A DNA stretch of 64,000 nucleotides, taken from NCBI RefSeq assembly GCF_000143415.4, contig NW_003314288.1, forward strand, positions 208,002 to 272,001. Reading direction: 5' to 3'. The stretch is from Selaginella moellendorffii. Taxonomy: Eukaryota; Plantae; Lycopodiophyta. The translations under genes were made by a program, and so were the position numbers. The notes below the pieces were generated by a model that saw nothing but the letters and a program-made list of their open reading frames with translations, was not told where the DNA came from and searched no databases. Shown one piece after another: positions 1 to 14,000 of this stretch; position 1 is the stretch's first letter; the number at the start of each line of letters is the position of its first letter.

Positions 1-3000
1 AAGCCTTAATTTGAGATTGCATCTATAGAAAGAACAGTCTATCCAACTTCATAGACAAAGTGAACATGATGAACCTCATTGAGAAGTCCATTTGGAAGCT
101 TAATTATCACCATGCTATAGCCTTCCATCTATAGTGTTTTTTTATTGTTGTAGAGTATAGTGTAGTGCATCTAAATTTAGAGCTAAACTCCAACCCATTG
201 CACTACGAAACAAGGGTTTGGTACAATCCCACAAGCACTAGCTCCCCATATCTAGCACTTGCATGCAAAATAGTGTTAGATAGTGTCTGGCACAATTTTG
301 GCATACCGGTGGCCTAACACGAGGAGGAGTGTACCCCACCGACTAGAGCAGCATAAAGCTTGGGCTTAGACCCAATCTAGATACAAAACAAAGAGCAACA
401 CAGCCCAATAGGAGCCAAACTAATATCTCAATTAATCAGACATGCATTCCAACCACTATCCCTTAGAACCATTTGTAGTGCCCGTCCCCCCCACCCCCCC
501 TTGAGGAACACACACTTTGGGCTTTCACCCTAAGCCTCCCTTAGTACCAAGAGTTAGTCTTTAGGACAATCTCAAAACTTACTAAATATAGAATATTCTT
601 AGATTGCGAATTTGGATATAGGACAAACACCATTGTGTTCAAGACAATCTCTACATTCTATAGATATGTTAAATGAGAAAATCTAAACACTTTCCATAAT
701 TAGCCAATGAAATGAAATAAGACTAATGCAAAGGGCATGATAGTAAGGGTGTTTGGCAAACACAATAAGCTATCATGTAATGATATTGAGAAACTATACT
801 CAATATCAAGGGGGTTCTCAATACTAAGAAGTGCAAGTCAACGAATGAATTTCTCTGACCAAGTTAAGTATGTTTGACAAATAGCATTTAGAAATTTCAT
901 CCTTATGCTCATCTAGTCAAGTGCACACGCAATGACCAGTTTCTCAACTAGCTTGGGTGGAGACTATAAAAAGAATCAGCAGTACCGACCTCTTGCCATC
1001 ATGGCAGTAAAAAAAAAGTGTCCATAAGGACTGGCCAACAAATATCTTTCAATACCTGAATTCACATTTGCGACACTCTCCCCCCTGGAGAAAATCAACA
1101 TCCTCATCAATGCATATTTAAGTCTAGCAAACCGTCAAGGAAACAACTCTAAAAGTTAAAGGAAAGCACACTATATGGGAAACACATTGACTTAAATGAG
1201 TTATGGAACAACCTTTCCTCTACATCCAAAGACATTAAGACTCAGACACCTTCCAACTGTCACCGACAAGGAAATGACTAACGGAGTTAGCCACCCTTTG
1301 TAGCGCACGTGGTTTTGACCCTTTATCCTATGGTGATTTACTATAGGATAACACCAAGAAGCGGAACCTAAACCCTCTTTGTGCCACGTGACAGATGCCA
1401 CGTGTCCAAAGGAACATGGTGCGGAACTCGAGGTTTAAGGCCTTGGGCCATTGAACGAAGGAACAGTGCCAAACTCCCAAGCATGGAGCCAAGGAGTGAT
1501 GGAACTGGGAACCACCCACAGCAACCCCCCCCCCTTGAGGAACACATACTTTGGCTTTGGGCTTTCACCCCAAGCCTCCCTTAGTATCAGGAGTTAGTCT
1601 CTAGGACAAGCTTGAAACTTACTAAATATAGAATGTTCCTAGATTGCGAATTTGGACACGGGATGAACACCATTGTGTTCAGGCCAATCTCTACATTCCG
1701 TAGATATGCCAAATGAGCAAATCTAGACACTTTCCATAATTAGCATTTGGGACCGAAATGAGACTAACACAAAAGGCGTGATAGCAAGGGTGTTTGGCAG
1801 ACACGGTAAGCTATCATCCAGCAATATTGAGGGATTAATCTCAATACGCGAGGGTTTTTGTCACTAGCCAGTGCAAGACATAACGAGACGGGAACTCCTT
1901 ATCGGGCTAAGTATGCTTAGCTAATAACACATAGGAATTCCGTCCTTATGCTCATCCAGTCTAAGTACACTCGAAATGCCCAGTTAACTCCACTAGCACA
2001 AGAGGGACTGATAAAGGGTCTAGCAATACCGACTTCCTGCCATCGTGGCAGTAAGGAAAGAATATCCGAAAGGACTAGTTGATAGATAACTTTTGATACC
2101 CGAAATCACACTCGCGACACTCTCCCCCCTTAGGGAAGATCGACATCCTCGTTGATGCATACTCGAGTCTAGAATACCGCCAAGGAAACAACTCCAAAAA
2201 AAGTTCACAGTACTCACACTATGTGAGAAATGCACCAACTTAAATAAGTTAGGGTAACCTCTTTGTCTAACGCGGATGCGCTACCAGCTCAGACACCTTC
2301 TGGCCATCGCTGACAAGGAAATGACCAACAGAGTCAGCCACCCTTGCTGCTCTGGGAGTCACCCAGCTTACAAAAGTGTGATATGCCCCTGCTTGCAAAA
2401 ACATAGAGAGAGAAGCTAGAGGCCCCAACCCTCCTGAGCAAAGAAACTAAACCCATCGGTAAGGTTTAGATAGACTACTGTAAACAGGCAGTTAGAGTTG
2501 TTTAAATGGTCATGCCCTTTCAACGAAATAAGGAACATCGACAGAGAGGCAGGTTATGTGACCAGTCGACAGTAGCTACCCCATGACTAGAGATTTCACC
2601 ATGCACACGAAGTGCTAAAGCCAGTCTGCCTATACTGGCCCAAACTCAAAGATCAATAAATGGACAATATCAAAGTCATAGACAATGATATCTTAGAGAT
2701 TTAATTATCAGTGAATAAAACTTGGATTAGAATACAAAAGTATTCCAAGTAAGTTATCATTTAATAAAGTAGTAGTTGATTATAAGAACCACCAAGATCA
2801 TCATAATTAGTATACATAGGAATCACCATCCAACAAAATTCAATAGCAAGTAGATCATCAAGGAAACTCAATGATGAAACTGAACTACCAAAAATGGCAG
2901 ATAGCATGCCAAACAACTCACAAAACACAACTCAAAGAACATAAAGTATCATTGACTAACAAGCATAATGCTCGCGAATGTATCACCCAAAGGAAATAAC

Positions 3001-6000
3001 ATCCTAATCTATGAGAACTAACTTGAACAATAATCAACAGAACAAAATGAATGTTGCAAAGCAAACAAATGCTTGTTCATATCAACCATTGCACTAGCCA
3101 ATCTGAATAGATCCTAGTCAACAATACCAAGGAACCAGGGTTGCTTAAGCAAGTGTCAGCAACATCCTGCTGATGTTTCAAACCCAAGAGACCAATCCAA
3201 AGCAAACCACAAAGAACATGTAGTATTGCGAAAAGCCATAAGCTATCAAAGAGAACAACTAACCATCATGAAAAATCATTAATCATCCCATCAAAAAGAT
3301 ATATGCAGAATCATCATCTAAGAAGGAATCCACCATCCCAAAGAATAGCAAATCATTCTAGATCAACGATAATCAAGCAAAACATTCGACAAGGATAATC
3401 AACTATCCTAAATGACAGTCAATCATCATCAACAATTGTTAGATGCAAAAGTCAACTTCAATATCGAATCTAAGAAGCCAAAAATGTCTTCCCCAACAAC
3501 TTATAACAAATGGAACAATAAAGACAAAACTCAAGGAACCAAAAACTCGAAGAAGTCTATAGCTAAGTCATAATGATCATGAGTTTTGTAGAAGCTAACT
3601 TTAATGCTAAAGAAGAAATCATGGTGCAACCCACAATATCTTCCTCAACACATCCATAAGCTAAACTTCATAATGCCAAAGCTAATGAAGAGCATGTCTG
3701 CATTAACCCAAAAGCCAAGCATATTGAAGCTATGCTCCACAAGTGATCACTAATCGATCCTCCATGAATCCATCTATAGCAAAACGTAACTCACTTCATA
3801 ACAAACATAAGAAGAATCATCAATGATCAATATACCCCATTTTCAATCCAACAAGGATTCAAATATTCTAATATCGATCACTAACTCTTCCACTTATAAA
3901 GTTAGTATTGTCCACGACTAAATCACTTTTCAAGGAAAAGCCAAAGCTCAACCCCTACTAAATAATCTCATCTAGAACACAACTAACTTAAACTTGCCAC
4001 CCAGCTCATTGAACATCAATAAACTAGCAATGCACGAATGCCAATAACACAAAGCAAAAGCCAAATCATCAACACTATTTCATCATGACTAATGAAACTC
4101 AATATCAATCCTTTGAAGGAAAAACATCTCATTTCACTCGAATCTCAATATCAATATTGTCAACGACAAGGCATTACTTCAGTGCCATCAACACCATAAC
4201 AAAGCTAGAAGAAAGCACGAGTGAATCACCACTCAAAACTCCCTAGCAACTAAGCTAACCAAGGTCGAAGATACTTTACTCAGTATCCAAGACCAATCCT
4301 TTAGCAAAACTTAGTTACAGATAACACATCATCAAGGAGTGAATCACCACATCCAAGACTAAATGAAATCCAACACCACGAACTAAACGCAACCAAATAA
4401 TATCAACAGAGCTAAAGTCGATATATTAACATCGAAAAACCATGTAAGCTATGACACGATCCTCCGTAACACCATCCGGTAAAGCAAACCCATCACCAAT
4501 AAATCTTTATTAAGTGAAGCATGTGTCAATAGTCCTCGGCAAAGTCTACAAACAATCACTGGTCGCAAAGCAACTAACAATCACTCTTCAACTTGCCTTT
4601 ATAGGACCCAAACACTAAACTCACATCATCGAGTCATACACTTGTCCAAGATGAACATAATATCCCAGGTATGAGATAAAAGTTTATAGACAAGCACGAA
4701 CTAAATGACCACTTGAATCCAACTCAACTGTGACAAGCTCACTAATGCATTTAGCCTATAGCTTTGAGCATGCCTTGAAGAGCTATGCGATCAACACTCA
4801 GTTGAAACTAAAGTGAAGACCATGAGATGGACTCATATCGGTACACAACCTCCTCATAAACAATGCTATAGTACGGGTACCAACATTTCAACTGCAAACA
4901 ACTAAGTTAAACATCACCATCCTCAGCCAAGGCGCAAGGCCACCAAGACCAAGTCAAGATCAGTGAGAGCTCACTACTCTCATAGAGTCTAATCAAAATG
5001 CAAGGTGCAACTTGCCACCAAACGTAATGCTACAAAAGAAAGGCACAAGAGTCACCCTTCTTAGAAAAGTGCAACGGCCACCTTTCTACACCAACTCCAG
5101 ACTCTATCCAACCCAATTGCCTTAGCCCCAAAAGTCAGCATCCCTTTTAGGTCGCATCATATAAATTACCTATAAAGGTCTAAGCTAACCGAAGTCAATT
5201 CCAAACCCTTCACTAGTTTGTATTGGCTTACGAAAACGGAATGGTTTTCAGCAAAGTGACTAATAGATCAGCCATTAGAGAAGTCTAAGAAAATTTATAG
5301 AAAATTTCTGTCCTAGAGAAAGAATGACTCTCAGTCCAGGATTGCAAACTTTCAAGACTCAACCAACTTCCTCCTACAAACAACTTCACATAGGTTCATC
5401 TCAACATAAATTCTCATGATCCAACAATATGTTTAAGCATCGAACATCTTTGCCCATCTAACAAATATCCAACACAAACATCTGCAAAATGCAAAATGAA
5501 CATCCAAGGCTTGATCACAAAGACCACATCTTCGGATATCCATATTGCACTAACACTCTTCTTCAACCACCTTCAAGATCCAATGTGAAGCCAAAACACT
5601 AATAAGAAAAAAAAATGATATGGAAAATCAAAGTCCAAGGAAAAATTCCTCATCATTCGAAATAACAATACCACCTCCACTAACACAAGTGTTAGTGACG
5701 TCAATGCCCCAACTACACATTTTCTCCATCCAACAATCTACTCCAAGTGCTAACGGATCAACTGACAAGTCATAGCAAGTGACTGTTATAACCCTTTTCC
5801 AACACCTTATGGGCAAACCCAAGGAATAAAGTACCAACTTAAACTTAGCATAATAGACCATCACTGAGAATCCAGTTAAAGCTACTTCAATGCTACTTCG
5901 TGCAAGTAGACTAACTTCTCCATCAACCACTTTAGGGTTGATTATCGTTTAACCAAGCAACTTCGTAAACACATTGCTCACTATCACATGGATATGATAT

Positions 6001-7131
6001 GGAAATCACAATGACTTGATCATCAATTGAGCAACACATTGAGCAATGCCTATATCACTACTACAAAGGTCTATGTGAGTATCAAGTGCTAACTCAATTT
6101 GACAAAATACAACATAAATGCCACACTCCACTGATAGAGATTTACAACACCAACACCACTAACTTTTGTTCACAACATAGACAAGCTCATGCCACTCTCT
6201 ATCCGACCAATCTCAAAACTAATCCAACACCAAGCTACTTCAAGGAGCAATAGCAAGGTTCCTCAAAAAAGAATTAAGCATTGCAACTCAAGTCTTCAAT
6301 AGCAAGTTTAGACAAAATGGTTTAGCGTTTCACCGCTATCCATCCTATAATTCACCACTTGTAAGACCATTATAACCAACATGCATCAAGGTAGGGACTC
6401 TTGATTACATAATGTGAACATGCGAGCAATGAGTTAACTCCTAGTTGCAAATCATATCTCCAAGAAGAGAAAATGATTTACGTGTTTGATCCTTCATCTT
6501 TGACGACTCTCTTTTCGGTCTAATCTTTAACTAAACCTCAAGCTTGCTTTCACATTGCCTTCAGTCCAATCGAAGAAAAGTTTATGAGAGAGCATGGCAA
6601 TGACTATTTGAACCAATAGACTAATCCCTACAGTCTTGATTGATCCACTCGTAATCATGCCTAGGAAGGATCCACTAGTGTTGTGCTAAACAGCTATGGA
6701 CCAGCCTATTTGCCACTCATAGCAAACCCAGGGAGGTTTGCTTTTTACCCATGGTACAAGGAACAACTCATGGAACCATTGAAACAACTTATGGAACCAC
6801 CGATAGGCTAACATTAATCCTTCCAACTCAAAGAGTAACCTTAAGTTGCTAATGTGCCTCACTCATGAGCCCAAGCGCAAACTCATGCTACTGGAACAAC
6901 TCAATCCTTCTTATGAGCCCAAGAGCAAGCTCATATAATACGGTACAAAATGGTAACCAAATCCATACCCAAGGAACGATTGCAAAGTCATAACACCCAA
7001 ATGTGTACCCACTCAGATCATCATTTTCATCTCTGCATATGCAACGAGACTAGTTTCCCAATCTCATTGGATAGTACTCGCCGAGACTCACCCTCTGATA
7101 CCAAATGTAGCGCACGTGGTTTTGACCCTTT

Positions 7132-8678
7132 TGTGAGACACAAAATCCCTAGGACCCAAAGTGGAGCCGGAAGGGTGCCACGTGGTAGTGGCTGAAGCAA
7201 AAGCCAAACGAGTGTAACAAGTTTGGACTAAAAGCTCCAACTTGATAGGTCAAGAGCGGGAGTGGAACTCCCAACAAAGTGCTTGAGGAATGAGCATGAA
7301 GCGAGCAACAAGCGAGGCTCTAAAAAGGGACCCAAAAAGGACTAACACATGACACATGGAAGTGTCCGAGATGGACCCAAGATGGAGTCCGAGATGGAGT
7401 CCGAGATGGACCGAGACGGAGTCCGAGATGGAGTCTGAGATGGACCGAGATAGAGTCCAAGATGGAGTCCGAGATGGACCGAGACGGAGTCCGAGATGGA
7501 GTCCGAGATGGAGTCCGACGTCGAGACCAAGATCGGAACCGAAACCGAGACCGAGACCGAGACCGAGACTGGGACCGGGACCGAGACCGAGACCGGGACC
7601 GAGACCAAGACCGGGACCGGGACCAAGACTGAGACCGGGACCGAGACCAAGCCCAAGTCTGAGTCCGAGTTCGAGTCTAAGAGGGTGAAAGCCCAAAGCG
7701 TTCATCTCCCAGACCCTGGGGGGTTTGGTGAGCTCCAAAAATATAGTAAGGGGGAGGACTGCAGTGGAGCCAGTTTGGCCAGAAAAGGCCAGTTTGGCCC
7801 AGGATGGCCAGACCCAGTGTTGGGTGATGAACTGACCACTGGGAAGTCCAAGACTAGAGTGAATACAGACTGACAAGTGGGGTAGCTTGGTGAAGTGTTT
7901 AAGAGCCGGCTCTAGTTCCCCCGGGAGATCGACTAGCCAATGCTCCCAGTCCAAGTGTGGGTGGCACTACCTACTTGGATACCAGGCATGGCTCAACGGA
8001 ACCTCACTCTAAGCCCATGGCTAGAGCACCTAAAGGCGGAAGGTGGGGAGAGTACCCACGGGGCTCGCGTAGGCCCACGGTGTTCCGAAATGTTGTCCCG
8101 AAGTCCCAAATGGGGGAAAGGTGGAGGAGCAGTCCTCTAGTGTAGTGACTAAGGATACAGTCACATGGTGAGGAAGTCCCAGAGGACCATGGGACTTAGT
8201 GGTCGGGCCTATGGGCCTTGATCTAGTGGAAGTGTCGGCAAACATGGCCATGGACAGAAAAGGGACTTGGTGGGGACCAGAAAAGGGACATTGGGGGAAG
8301 GCTATTCCCCATGTCTATGGGCATCCTAAGGATGCTAAGGAGTGGATATGGGATGATCACTCATGAACAGATGGCCCAGTCTTTGAGAGACGGGACTGTG
8401 ATAGAGGTGGTGTTAGACCACCGGTGTGACCAAGGTGAATGGGCATGGCCTTAGCGTAACAGGCTGATATGTTGGTGGTACCTTGGAGTGTCGGTCATGG
8501 GATCGGTCACGTGGAGCACTTGGACCAAGTGCAAAGGTTGAGTGGCGGGGATGCCATTCTCGGGGCTAGCAAGCCCAAGTTTGAAATAGGACTTATGGAG
8601 GTTGTGAGTGAGACTCCTCCAAGTGGTCGGAGGTGTGGTTAAGTGACTAAAGTAGAATGGAAAAATTAGTCGCTTACA
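7132..8678 (+). mobile_element. Solo LTR (about 1.55 kb) inserted in the LTR of the 1299-9813 element
   Basis: TGTGAGACAC...CGCTTACA ends, perfect TSD CCTTT; removing it restores the host LTR seen at 1299-1340. Homologous to 15195-16585 in reverse orientation. Confidence 0.9.
7367..7680. repeat. Hexamer/dodecamer tandem array (GATGGA-GTCCGA, CCGAGA, CCGGGA) inside LTR
   Basis: Visible directly; decayed reverse copies at about 16210-16395 and 17070-17440. Confidence 0.95.
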
Positions 8679-10355
8679 CCTTTATCCTATGGTGATTTAC
8701 CATAGGATAACACCACGAAGCGGAACCTAAACCCTCTTTATGCCACATGACAGATGCCACGTGTCATATGCCACATGTCCAAAGGAACATGGTGCGAAAC
8801 TCGAGGTTCAAGGCCTTGGGCTATTGAACGAAGGAACAGTGCCAAACTTCTAAGCGTGGAGCCAAGGATTGATGGAACCGAATCACAGAGCAACTCCCAA
8901 GCGTACAGCCCAAGGAGCTAAAGGATAGGAGCCTGGAGTGACTTGGAACAGTCCTAGAGCAACCAGCATCCCATTGCCAGGACCAGCATGCAAAACGGAG
9001 CCAAACAGAGTTTAGCACTATTTCAGCATACAGGTGGCCTAATGCGAGGATATGGGTACTCCACCAGCTAGCATGGTGTGGAGCTTGGGCTTAGACCCAA
9101 GCCGGATGCAAAACAAGGACAGGCACGCAAGCGGGAGGTAGACTATGCCTCAGGTTGGTCGGCCATGCCCGACCTACCCACTATCCCTACTATACATTTG
9201 GAACCCCCCATAGCCCGCCCCCCCCCCCCCCCCATTGAGGAACACACGCTTTGGGCTTTCACCCCAAGCCTCCCTTAGTATCAGGAGTTAGTCTCTAGGA
9301 CAAGCTTGAAACTTACTAAATATAGAATGTTCCTAGATTGCGAATTTGGACACGGGACAAACACCATTGTGTTCAGGCCAATCTCTACATTCCGTAGATA
9401 TGCCAAATGAGCAAATCTAGACACTTTCCATAATTAACATTTGGGACCGAAATGAGACTAACACAAAGGGCATGATAGCGAGGGTGTTTGGCAGACACGG
9501 TAAGCTATCATCCAGCAATATTGAGGGACTAATCTCAATATGCGAGGGTTCTTGTCACTAGCCAGTGCAAGATATAATGAGACAGGAACTCCTTACCGGG
9601 CTAAATATGCTTAGATAATAACACGTAGGAATTCCATCCTTATGCTCATCCGGTCTAAGTACACTCGAAATGCCCAGTTAACTCCACTAGCACAAGAGGG
9701 ACTGATAAAGGGTGTAGCAATACCGACTTCCTGCCGTCGTGGCAGTAAGGAAAGAATATCCGAAAGGACTAGTTGATAGATAACTTTTGATACCCAAAGT
9801 CACACTCGCGACACCCTTGCTACTCTGAGTACCACTCAGCTTACAAAAGAATGATACATCTATGCTTGCAGGGACATAGGGAGAGGGCCAAAGGCCCAAC
9901 TTCCCCTGAGTAAGAAATCAACCCTTTCGAGAAGATTTAGACAACTATTATAAACTAGTAGATTAAGTTGTATACACGACCACACCCTTTTTTCAAAGAA
10001 TGAGTCATCGAGAGAGAGGTGGGAACTTGTGAACAATCTATAATAGTTATCCCCATGGTTATGGATTGAACCCATGCACCGAAGTGTTAAAGTTAACCTA
10101 AATTGACCCAAGTATAAACAAATGAGAGAAACGAAACTTTGATTTATAGAAATATATTACTTTACTGATTTACAAGATTTATTGCAAGATTTATAAAAAT
10201 TAGTCTTTATTATGATTCTTATACTCTGTGACAAGCTCATGAACATGTATAAGATTACTAAAAGGTTCCTAAGTTAATTCACAAACCAAGTAACCTTTCC
10301 ACTTAACTAGGTATTCTTTGGAATGACCACCACGTTTCCAATGATATAATAAGAT

Positions 10356-10922
10356 TGTAAGCAACTAAAGGGAACGACTCGAGAAACGATCCGTTGGGGT
10401 TCAAATATAGAGGGAAAGGGCCCATGAACAAGAGTGCACCCCCTTTTCCAATCGGTTAAGGGTCTTGGGATACTTGGAGTTAAGCGTCCTTGGGTTTGAA
10501 TAGTACTAGGTTGGGTGACCTCCCGGGTATCAGAGGGGTCTCGGGTCCGACTCTATTGGTTGGCTAAGGGAATCACACCACATGTTGATTGACATCTGGC
10601 TGGTCCAGTTTGCTCCCGCTAGACTCGACCCAAGGGGTAGGGTGTCAAGAGAGCAGGGCTCTTGAAAGAGCTGCAGGTCTCAGCTTCCGTTCACAAGGGT
10701 GTGAACTTGCAGGGAAGCGTGGTGGATTGTAAGCAACCAAAGGGAATGACTCGAGAAACGATCCATTCGGGTTCAAATATAGAGGGAAAGGGCCCATGAA
10801 CAAGAGTGCACCCCTTTTTCCAATCGGTTAAGGGTCTTGGGATACTTGGAATTAAGTGTCCTTGGGTTTGAATAGTACTGAGCTGGGTGACCTCCCGGGA
10901 AGTCCAAATTCAGGAGCTTACA
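10356..10922 (+). mobile_element. Cassandra-like TRIM with 5S-rRNA-derived segment in the LTRs
   Basis: LTRs 10356-~10526 (3' end deleted) and 10728-10922, PBS remnant GGTATCAGAG, about 200-bp non-coding interior, TSD AAGAT/AAAAT. LTRs contain GTTAAGCGTCCTTGGG...TAGTACTAGGTTGGGTGACCTCCCGGG(AAGTCC), matching the plant 5S rRNA A-box/C-box region. Confidence 0.9.
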
Positions 10923-11085
10923 AAAATGCTTTCAATTTTGTATTCAGGTTCACCATCCACAACTTTTGATGGCAGGTAAATCTCCTCCTTACATTCCAAA
11001 TTCAGGAGCTTACAAAAATGCTTTCAATTTTGTATTCAGGTTCACCATGCACAACTTTTGATGGCAGGTAAATCTCCTCCTTACA
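10903..11085. repeat. Tandem duplication (about 92 bp x2) spanning the TRIM 3' end and flank
   Basis: TCCAAATTCAGGAGCTTACAAAAATGC...CTCCTTACA occurs twice in a row. Confidence 0.9.
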
Positions 11086-14000
11086 TACAACGTCTATAGT
11101 GTAAGAAGCCAGTAAATTGGCATGAAATACATTATGAACATTAGACATTTCTACAGAAAGATCCAACTGATAGGATACATCACCAATTCATTTCAAAACC
11201 TGATAGGGCCCAACATATCTTGGTAATAGCTTTCGAGATAAAGATCTCTTGATATTCAAGTTTCGGGAAGATAGCCACACCTGATCTCCCACTTGATAAA
11301 ATACATCTTGACGATATTGATCCTTTATCATGTCGATACCTATCTTGAGCTTTGCCCATCACCTTAGTAGCTCAAGACCAACTTTGGTATAGCTGCTTTG
11401 CATAAGTCTTAATAGCCGGGACCAACACTTCGGACATTAGTTTCGGTACAACAATCTGTTGAGGAACCCTATGAGCATTCCCTTGCAACATCTTCTATGG
11501 AAAACAACTAATAGCATTGTGAAATGTGTTGATATAATAGATTTTTGTTGTGTCCAAATGCTCAACTCAGTCGCATTGGTCCACCATGACATAGTACTGC
11601 AAATAATCCTCAACTTGAGCATTCACACCTTTGGTTTGCCTATCAATTTGAGGATGATAAGCCATACTAAACTTCAACTTGGTACTGAACAACTGGAATA
11701 GTGTGCCCTAAAACTTCTCCATAAATCTCGAATCTTTATTTGAGATTATCTTTTTAGGAAAACCATGAACTCGTACTACTTCATGGAAAAAGAGCTTTGT
11801 TGCTTGCTTTGCATTCACTATTTCCACAATTGGAATGAAGTGTGCAATCTTCAACAACAAATCCACAACCACCATCAAAGTATTATAACCCTTAGACTTC
11901 GGCAAGCAAATGACAAAATCAAGTGTCACACTTTGAAATAGCCATGTCGGTGCTGGAATGCATTGCAACTTTCCAACCTACTTCTCAATTCTACATTTAC
12001 ATTGTTGGCATATAGGGCAGGAATGGATATAATCTGCTACATCACCTTCTACCAGACCAGAAAAATCCCCTTTTTGATAAAGCAAGAGTCTTTCTTTTTC
12101 CATCATATCTCGCTGCTAGAACATCATGATGTTCTTGCAGAAACAACTACTACAGATCCTTAGAGGGAAGATACAATATTTCTTGCTTATAGAATATAAG
12201 TCCATCCTGAATTGAAAAGTGAAGCTTTGCAATAGTATGACTAGCAACTTTTGCTGCTTCACTACTAAGGTTCTACTTTGACAACTCCGCACAGTGCAAG
12301 ATTTCCTTTGCCAATGAATCACTTCTATACGAAGCCCAAACATCCTCCAACCAGTCCAAATTGATTGCTGATATTGCCTGGAACTAAGCCTGATGACTCA
12401 ACGCATCTAAAACAATATTGTCTTTACCAAGTTTATATATGATTTCAATATCGAATCTAGCAAGCTTCTCTTGCCAATGAGCCTGCTTCTGCATAAGCTT
12501 TGGCTGCATAGCAAAATAGCTCAATGTGTTATTATCTATATAAACCTTGGTATGTCCACCCAAATAATGTTTCTAGTGTTCCAATGCCAACACTATAGCA
12601 AACACCTCTTTCTCGTGCATTGGCCATCCTTATTGGGTTTCATCCAATTTTTTGGAATAGAACGTAACGGAATAACCTTTGTCACAATTTTGCTGCAACA
12701 ACGACACCAATAGCATAGCCAGATGCATCACAATGCACTTTGAAGGGTTTATCAAGATCCGTGATCCTGAGAAAAGAAACCATAGTCAAGATCTCCTCCA
12801 ACCATACAAAAGCACGTTGACAAGCTAGTGTCCAATGAAATGGTATACTATTCTTCATTAACTCAGTCAATGGAAAAACAATTTTTGCAAAATTGAAAAC
12901 AAACTTGCGATAGTATCCCACCAAACCGAGAAAAGAACAAACATCTGATACATTGGTCAGGACTTCCCAAGACTTCACACTTCCACCTTCTTTGGATCCA
13001 CCTCCATTATGCCACCACCAATTATATGTCCAAGAAAATTCACGCACAATTGCACAAAAGCACATTTACTGTTCTTAGCATACAATTTGTGTTCACGCAA
13101 TTTCTGAAACACTAGCTCCAAGTGTTTTAAATGATCCTCCAATGTTTCATTGAAAACTAAAACATCATTATATAGAACAACAAATATGTCCAAATAATCT
13201 CTAAATATTTTATCCATCATTATGCTGAACATTGCCGAAGCATTGCATAACCTAAATGGCATGACAAAGAACTCATAAGATCTATATTGAGTTTTAAAGG
13301 CTATCTTCTCCACATCCTAATCTGCCATCCATATCTAATGATACCCAGACCGTAAATCAAGTCGCGTAAAATACTTAGCCTTTAAGAGTTGGTCAAATAA
13401 ATCATCAATACGAGGCAAAGGATAACTGTTTTTAACTATGATTTTGTTGAGTGTCTGATAATCGATACACATCCTTATGGTTCTATCGTTTTTCATAACA
13501 AGAAGGACCAACAATCCATAAGGTGACTTGCTTAGTCGGATATGACCTTTGTTAAGAAGCTCTGTGAGTTATTTCTTGAGTTCAGCCATCTCCTTGATGT
13601 TCAAACAATACAGAGCTTTTGTAGATGGTTTAGAACTCAGAATGACCTCAATCTGATGATCAACCTCACAACTAGGAGGTAACTATAGTGGTAAATCCTT
13701 CAGAAAGATATCTTGATTCCTCACCAATAACTCCAATATCTTCTTTGGTACAAGATCAACCCTGTCACCAATTTGAACTAAGTCACCATCGCCCTCAGCT
13801 TCCATCACTTAAACCCAAAAAATCCGACATCCCTTCTTAGTTGCCTTTTAAGTAGCTCTCGCAGTTAAGAATTTAGCATCCTAATCCTTTGAGGAGTGCT
13901 TTTGCAACTGGAAGGACACATTAGGACATCCTTTTAACCTCAACGTGATGCGACTTTGTCCAGCACTATAAATCCCTTTAATATATTTGTTGAAGAAATC

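Larger units (their letters stand above)
1299..9813 (-). mobile_element. LTR element of the same family as its host, with a non-coding or highly decayed interior (LARD-like)
   Basis: LTRs 1299-2119 and 7106-9813 (the latter split by a solo LTR), TG...CA ends, perfect TSD CCCTT. PBS TGGTATCAGAG next to 7106 and PPT after 2119. No ORF longer than 100 aa in 2120-7105. Confidence 0.85.

Noticed and set aside
7250-7954. Long low-complexity ORFs (LGLG, PRPR, ETET), also at 17037-17434
   Set aside because: Products of stop-free hexamer repeats inside LTRs.
10849-10905. 5S rRNA gene
   Set aside because: Only the internal ~55 nt match, embedded in TRIM LTRs; not a full rRNA gene.
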